Assembly (NCBI GenBank): GCA_026416125.1
Contig: JAOAFT010000003.1
Coordinates: forward strand, 82,022-146,021
DNA from: Bacteroidota bacterium
Lineage (GTDB): Bacteria; Bacteroidota; Ignavibacteria; UBA10030
Direction of reading: 5' to 3'
Length of the DNA stretch: 64,000 bases
Positions within the stretch are counted from its first letter, which is position 1, and each line of letters begins with the position of its first letter. A model generated the notes under the pieces. That model was not told the DNA's origin. It was given only the letters and a program-made list of their open reading frames with translations, and made no database searches. This document shows, one piece after another, positions 58,620 through 64,000 of the stretch. The position numbers and the translations under genes are program-made.

Positions 58620-59747
58620 ATGGTACATCGTGTGATGGTTATAGCCGGTGAAGCATCAGGCGATTTACATGGAGCTGGAGTTGTGCGGGAATTGAAGCGT
58701 ATTGATTCACAAGTAGAAGTTTTCGGTGTTGGTGGGGATTCGATGCAACGTGAGGGGATGGAGCTTGTGTATCATATTCGGGAATTAAGCTTCATGGGAT
58801 TTGTTGAGGTACTCAAGCATGTACCCTTTCTTAAAGGGATGGAACGTACTCTCGAGCATGTATTAAAGTTTAAGAAGCCCGATGTACTTGTCCTCATTGA
58901 TTACCCAGGATTCAATCTGCGATTTGCTCGTATTGCGAAGAAGTATGGGGTAAAAGTTATCTACTATATAAGTCCACAAATTTGGGCATGGCATCGGTCA
59001 CGTATCAACACGATCAGAGACGTTGTTGACCTCATGTTGGTAATTTTTCCGTTCGAAGTTGACCTCTATCGGCAAGCTCACGTACCTGTTGAGTTCGTTG
59101 GTAATCCACTCCTTGAAGTTGTGAAAAGCACAATACCTAAGGAGAAAATCGCAAATATTTTCGATTTTGATGTAAAAAAGCCAATTCTTGCCCTTCTTCC
59201 TGGAAGCAGGAAGCAAGAAATTGACACCATTTTCCCAGCTATGCTAGAGGCAGCAAAGAGAATCAAGAAAAAGTATGATTGTGAAATAATTTTAGCAATT
59301 GCCCCTACCTTAGAACAGGAATATTTTCGTACATTATATGATGTGCAAGGGATTCACCTTGCAAAAGGAATGACGTACGATGTTGTAGCGCACGCTCAAT
59401 GCGCATTAGTAACATCTGGTACTGCAACGCTCGAAACGGCAATACTTGGGACACCAATGGTTATCGTGTACCGTACATCATGGACAACGTATATGGTGGG
59501 GCGATTGCTAGTACGTGTACGAAATATTGGACTTGTAAACATTGTGGCAGGAAAAACAGTAGTACCGGAATGTATTCAACATCATGCGTCACCGCGAAGA
59601 ATGGCACAATATGCCTTGGAGATGCTACTTGATCCGAAACGATACGAAAGTATCAAAAATGAGCTTCTCACGGTGCGAAAAGCATTAGGGAGTATTGGAG
59701 CATCGAAACGAGTTGCAGAACAAATAGTACGAATGTTTCGTACATGA
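58620..59747 (+). CDS. lpxB: Lipid-A-disaccharide synthase LpxB
   Basis: ATG at 58620 (MVHRVMVIAGEASGDLHGAGVVRELKR). GT19 family layout. Confidence 0.9.
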   Translation: MVHRVMVIAGEASGDLHGAGVVRELKRIDSQVEVFGVGGDSMQREGMELVYHIRELSFMGFVEVLKHVPFLKGMERTLEHVLKFKKPDVLVLIDYPGFNLRFARIAKKYGVKVIYYISPQIWAWHRSRINTIRDVVDLMLVIFPFEVDLYRQAHVPVEFVGNPLLEVVKSTIPKEKIANIFDFDVKKPILALLPGSRKQEIDTIFPAMLEAAKRIKKKYDCEIILAIAPTLEQEYFRTLYDVQGIHLAKGMTYDVVAHAQCALVTSGTATLETAILGTPMVIVYRTSWTTYMVGRLLVRVRNIGLVNIVAGKTVVPECIQHHASPRRMAQYALEMLLDPKRYESIKNELLTVRKALGSIGASKRVAEQIVRMFRT

Positions 59748-60784
59748 AATGGTTGCGGCTCCCTTTGTTGCCATTCTCGGCTGTTGTATGGTGCTTCGTA
59801 GCACTTCGTAATTTGTTCTTTGACAAAGGCATTCTTCGAGTTGCACGGTGCCCAGTACCAGTGCTATCAATTGGAAATATTTCAGTTGGTGGCGTAGGGA
59901 AAACACCCATTGTTGAACTCTTCGTGCGAGCGCTTATCGAGTATCAACGGGTTGCTGTTGTTAGCCGTGGTTACAAGCGTCGTTCACGTGGTACCATTGT
60001 TGTAAGCGATGGACGCAATATCTGTGTTCCTGTGTACGATGCTGGCGATGAACCATACCAGTTAGCACAGAAATTTCCATCGTTGATTGTTGTTGTGGAT
60101 GAACAACGAGAACGTGGAATTGCACGTGCACTTGAATTGGGGGCAACATGTATTGTGCTCGATGATGCGTTTCAACATCGATCAGTGGCACGCGATATCG
60201 ATCTTGTCGTTCTCTCTGCTGACGAGAGAGAATCTATTGAATTTCTACTTCCCGCTGGGAATAGACGTGAACCATTAAGTTCGCTCCATCGGTGTAACGT
60301 GATCGTACTTTCTCGATGTCGTAATGAAGAACATTTTAATCGTGCATCCAAAGCTTTAAAAGAGTACGGTAAACCTTGTATAGGTGTAACAACAAACATC
60401 GAGAAGATTGTAAAGGTACCAACATGGGAACATTGTGATGTAGGGGTCATTGTAGGGAGACGAGTGTTGTTGGTGTCGGGAATTGGGAACCCTAGTGACT
60501 TTGAACAAACAATGAGGTCATTGAATGTTGATATCATAGACCACCTTCAGTACAAAGATCACCATTGGTACAGTAAGTATGATATGACAAACATACAACA
60601 CTGTGCGAAGAAGAAGAATGCAGATATTATTTGTACAACGGAAAAAGATGCTGTAAGAATGAAAGCGGTTGTGTCTGAAATTCCTACAGTTCCAATGTTT
60701 AGTATTTTAATTCAGCAACGTATTATTGCAGGAGAAAATGTTGTTGAAACGATTATTCAAAAACTTCGTCAAAATACACGGTAG
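59744..60784 (+). CDS. lpxK: Tetraacyldisaccharide 4'-kinase LpxK
   Basis: ATGA overlap with lpxB. P-loop SIGNISVGGVGKTP. N-terminal membrane anchor. Confidence 0.85.
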   Translation: MKWLRLPLLPFSAVVWCFVALRNLFFDKGILRVARCPVPVLSIGNISVGGVGKTPIVELFVRALIEYQRVAVVSRGYKRRSRGTIVVSDGRNICVPVYDAGDEPYQLAQKFPSLIVVVDEQRERGIARALELGATCIVLDDAFQHRSVARDIDLVVLSADERESIEFLLPAGNRREPLSSLHRCNVIVLSRCRNEEHFNRASKALKEYGKPCIGVTTNIEKIVKVPTWEHCDVGVIVGRRVLLVSGIGNPSDFEQTMRSLNVDIIDHLQYKDHHWYSKYDMTNIQHCAKKKNADIICTTEKDAVRMKAVVSEIPTVPMFSILIQQRIIAGENVVETIIQKLRQNTR

Positions 60785-60789
60785 AGTTT

Positions 60790-61482
60790 ATGAGAGTAGG
60801 AATCACAGAAACATTTAATGAAGATATCTACCAAAATTATAATACGTGGATACAGAGTATGGATTCATCAGTCGAGACTGTTCCACTCTCGTACAAGAAT
60901 ACGAATAGCCAGATCCTTCAATCTCTCAGTGGACTGGTGCTAACGGGTGGTGGTGACGTTGATCCACGGTACTATCATCAAGATGATCGTGTGCAGTACG
61001 CACGTGGTGTTAACGAACAACGAGATGCTTTTGAATTTGAAATTATTGATCATGCCCTTGACATTAATCTACCAATTCTTGGAGTGTGCCGCGGTATCCA
61101 GGTAATGAATGTATACCTTGGTGGATCGCTTATTCTTGATTTAGTCGCTTCACGCTTTGATGACCATCAAGGTGACGATTTAACTCCACGCTATCATCCA
61201 ATTTCAATTGTACGGAGCGATTCAATACTTTATTCCCTCGCTCAAAAAAATGATGTTCTGGTAAATTCTTTTCATCACCAAGCAGTCGATAGACTTGGGA
61301 GAGGGTTGATGATTACTGCACAATCACACGATGGTGTTGTGGAGGCAGCGGAATGGGCTTTGAAAGATTCGATGCCATTTTTACTCCTCGTACAATGGCA
61401 TCCTGAACGTATACCAAATGATGACCTATCGCAGAGTATGCTTCGAAAGTTCTTAGAAGAGTGTTACAAATATAAACAATGA
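60790..61482 (+). CDS. Class I glutamine amidotransferase / gamma-glutamyl-GABA hydrolase-like (peptidase C26)
   Basis: Catalytic Cys loop ILGVCRGIQVMN and a His-containing C-terminus (VQWHPE). Confidence 0.7.
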   Translation: MRVGITETFNEDIYQNYNTWIQSMDSSVETVPLSYKNTNSQILQSLSGLVLTGGGDVDPRYYHQDDRVQYARGVNEQRDAFEFEIIDHALDINLPILGVCRGIQVMNVYLGGSLILDLVASRFDDHQGDDLTPRYHPISIVRSDSILYSLAQKNDVLVNSFHHQAVDRLGRGLMITAQSHDGVVEAAEWALKDSMPFLLLVQWHPERIPNDDLSQSMLRKFLEECYKYKQ

Positions 61483-61523
61483 TGAATTAATACCATAACA
61501 ACATAATATGAAAGGAATCAACA

Positions 61524-64000
61524 ATGGCTAAAGCGAAAAAGTATGTTTATTTCTTTGGTGGCGGAAAAGCCGATGGGAATGAATCGATGAAAGAATTACT
61601 TGGTGGGAAGGGTGCAAACTTAGCCGAAATGGCTGGACACCCTAAACTTCGCCTTCCTGTTCCTCCTGGATTTACTATTACTACTGAGGTGTGTACATAC
61701 TATTACAAAAACAAACGTACATATCCGAAAGAACTTAAAGCACAAGTCGACGCAGCGTTGGCAAAAGTGGAAAAGCTTACCGGGAAAAAGTTCGGAGATT
61801 CCAAGAACCCATTGCTTGTGTCTGTTCGGTCAGGTGCACGTCGTTCAATGCCTGGGATGATGGATACCGTGTTGAATATTGGGTTATGTGAGAAAACCTT
61901 ACCAGGATTGATTGAACAAACCCAAAACGAACGCTTTGCATACGACTCATATCGCCGGTTGATTATGATGTACTCCGATGTTGTTATGGAGAAGGCAGCT
62001 GGGATCGAACCGAAAGATGGAAAAGGTGTACGAAAAATCCTTGATGAACACTTAGAAAAAGTGAAACAACAGAAAGGGTATGTTGTTGATACGGATTTAA
62101 CAGTGGATGATTTAAAACAGCTTGTGAGCGATTTTAAAAAGATTGTCTCCGATGTTCTTGGTAAGGAGTTTCCAGACGATCCCCATGAGCAACTCTGGGG
62201 TGGAATAGGTGGTGTCTTTGCAAGCTGGAATGGGAAACGGGCTGTTGAGTACCGACGTATCGAACGTATTCCCGATGATTGGGGTACTGCGGTGAACGTC
62301 CAAGCGATGGTGTTTGGTAACATGGGTGACGATAGTGCTACAGGGGTTGCGTTTACACGGAATCCAGGGAATGGAGAAAATCAATTCTATGGTGAGTACC
62401 TTGTAAATGCCCAGGGAGAAGATGTTGTTGCGGGTATTCGTACGCCAGCACCTATTAATGAATACTCAAAAAATGAACAGAGCAAGCATCTTCCTACGTT
62501 AGAAAAGACAATGCCTGCGCTCTACAAACAATTAAATGATATCCGTCTTCGACTTGAAAAGCACTACAAAGATATGATGGATATTGAATTTACAATTGAA
62601 AAAGGAAAACTCTACATGCTCCAGTGCCGTGTTGGCAAGCGTAATGGCATTGCAGCAGTTCGTATGGCAACAGAAATGGCAAAAGAAGGATTGATTGATG
62701 CAGAGACTGCTATTATGCGTGTTGCACCAAATCAACTTGTAGAGTTGCTCCTCCCCATGCTTGATCCAAAAGCTGAACAAGCAACATCTCCTATTGCGAA
62801 AGGCTTACCGGCTGGTCCTGGTGGAGCAATTGGTCGAGTAGTCTTTACGTCCCAGGATGCTGTTGAGTGGGCGTCACGTGGTGAGAAAGTAATTCTGGTA
62901 CGTGAAGAAACCTCACCTGAAGATGTTGATGGCATGCACAAGGCTCAAGCTATTCTTACGAGCAAAGGTGGAATGACATCCCACGCTGCACTTGTTGCAC
63001 GAGGGTGGGGTAAGTGCTGTGTCGTTGGTTGCAGTGACATCGAAATTGCTCACGACAATAAATCCTTCACTACTAAGAAGGGTGTTGTTGTGAAAGAAGG
63101 TGATTGGATTTCGATCAACGGTACAAAAGGATTAGTGTACCTTGGACAGTTACCTCTTAAGGATGTTGACCTTGAGCACAACAAGTCATACGCTGATTTA
63201 ATGAAGATGGTTGATAAAATACGCGTTCTTAAAATTCGTACAAATGCAGATACACCGAAAGATGCTGCCAAGGCAATTCAATTTGGAGCAGAAGGTATCG
63301 GATTGTTCCGAACGGAGCACATGTTCTATGGCGAAGGAAGTGATAAACCACTCTTCCTATTGCGAAAGATGATTGTGAGCCGTACTGAAGAAGAACGACG
63401 GAAAGCACTCGACGAACTCTTTCCATATGTGAAAAATGATATCAAAGCAACGCTCGAGGTGATGGATGGTAGACCAGTTACCATTCGATTATTGGATCCA
63501 CCACTCCATGAATTTGTACCTCACAGTGAAGACAAGCTTCAAGCACTTGCACAGGAGTTGGGAGTCGATATTACTGAGCTCAAGAAGCGAGCAGACTCAC
63601 TCCGTGAAAACAACCCAATGTTAGGTCATCGTGGGGTTCGTCTTGGAATTACATATCCAGAAATTACTGAAATGCAAGTACGAGCTATTCTTGAAGCTGC
63701 AGGTGAGTTAATAAAAGAAGGAAAGAAAGCGTTTCCAGAAATTATGATTCCTGTTACTTCTACGGTAAACGAATTGACACACCAAAAAGCAATCGTCGAT
63801 CGTGTGTACCCAGAAGTGTGTGAGAAACTTGGTTTGAAGAAAATTCCATTCCTCTATGGCACCATGATCGAAATTCCTCGTGCAGCGTTAACAGCCAATC
63901 GTATGGCAGAAGTTGCTGAATTTTTCAGCTATGGTACAAATGATCTTACCCAAATGGGATTCGGTTTTTCCCGGGATGACATCGGTACGTTCTTACCCGA
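61524..64000 (+). CDS. ppdK: Pyruvate, phosphate dikinase (partial; 3' end beyond window)
   Basis: N-terminus MAKAKKYVYFFGGGKADGNESMKELLGGKGANLAEM. Catalytic His loop GGMTSHAALVARGWGKCCVVGC. The frame is open to the window end. Confidence 0.9.
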   Translation, partial: MAKAKKYVYFFGGGKADGNESMKELLGGKGANLAEMAGHPKLRLPVPPGFTITTEVCTYYYKNKRTYPKELKAQVDAALAKVEKLTGKKFGDSKNPLLVSVRSGARRSMPGMMDTVLNIGLCEKTLPGLIEQTQNERFAYDSYRRLIMMYSDVVMEKAAGIEPKDGKGVRKILDEHLEKVKQQKGYVVDTDLTVDDLKQLVSDFKKIVSDVLGKEFPDDPHEQLWGGIGGVFASWNGKRAVEYRRIERIPDDWGTAVNVQAMVFGNMGDDSATGVAFTRNPGNGENQFYGEYLVNAQGEDVVAGIRTPAPINEYSKNEQSKHLPTLEKTMPALYKQLNDIRLRLEKHYKDMMDIEFTIEKGKLYMLQCRVGKRNGIAAVRMATEMAKEGLIDAETAIMRVAPNQLVELLLPMLDPKAEQATSPIAKGLPAGPGGAIGRVVFTSQDAVEWASRGEKVILVREETSPEDVDGMHKAQAILTSKGGMTSHAALVARGWGKCCVVGCSDIEIAHDNKSFTTKKGVVVKEGDWISINGTKGLVYLGQLPLKDVDLEHNKSYADLMKMVDKIRVLKIRTNADTPKDAAKAIQFGAEGIGLFRTEHMFYGEGSDKPLFLLRKMIVSRTEEERRKALDELFPYVKNDIKATLEVMDGRPVTIRLLDPPLHEFVPHSEDKLQALAQELGVDITELKKRADSLRENNPMLGHRGVRLGITYPEITEMQVRAILEAAGELIKEGKKAFPEIMIPVTSTVNELTHQKAIVDRVYPEVCEKLGLKKIPFLYGTMIEIPRAALTANRMAEVAEFFSYGTNDLTQMGFGFSRDDIGTFLP

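Noticed and set aside
61703-62323. 206-aa ORF on the - strand, plus several other - strand ORFs between 61.7 and 63.4 kb
   Set aside because: All lie antisense to the ppdK open frame, which has unmistakable PPDK motifs. The ORF track lacks ppdK only because it has no stop inside the window.

Overview
This 64-kb window is almost entirely coding, mostly on the + strand, and divides into four parts. (i) 1-6.1 kb holds housekeeping genes: an M23 peptidase, an EEP-family lipoprotein, an AmmeMemoRadiSam-type radical SAM enzyme, thymidylate kinase, an S41 C-terminal processing protease, and a small conserved hypothetical protein. (ii) 6.6-24.4 kb is a complete, tightly coupled dcw cluster (mraZ-rsmH-ftsL-ftsI-murE-murF-mraY-murD-ftsW-murG-X-murC-murB-ftsQ-ftsA-ftsZ). 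Its promoter carries three tandem 10-bp GTGGG repeats that look like an MraZ operator. An unknown membrane-protein gene (X) sits between murG and murC. It is followed by enolase, a phosphohexomutase and RlmD. (iii) 29.1-48.1 kb is a co-directional pectin-degradation locus. It encodes two GH28 enzymes, a CE8 pectinesterase, a CE12 SGNH acetylesterase fused to an extra domain, a PL1 pectate lyase and an 800-aa beta-helix lyase-like protein. The enzyme genes surround a TonB-dependent receptor that is not followed by a SusD lipoprotein. Instead it is followed by a 790-aa aromatic-rich protein with a type-IX-secretion (T9SS) C-terminal sorting domain, then two FadL/PorV-like outer-membrane barrels and a small OmpA-like barrel. 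Three proteins of the locus carry T9SS CTDs. This T9SS-linked TBDR module looks like an undescribed alternative to the Bacteroidota Sus paradigm and is the main candidate novel system. (iv) 48.3-64 kb holds an alpha-glucan phosphorylase on the - strand, a GH2-like protein that lacks both catalytic glutamates and is fused to a polytopic membrane domain, SMC, an MtnX-like HAD phosphatase, an ICMT-like methyltransferase, lpxB, lpxK, a C26 glutamine amidotransferase, and the 5' part of pyruvate phosphate dikinase. No rRNA, tRNA, CRISPR or obvious mobile element was found. The T9SS CTDs, the TBDR and about 43% GC suggest an FCB-group organism (Bacteroidota or Ignavibacteriota-like); this is an inference only.
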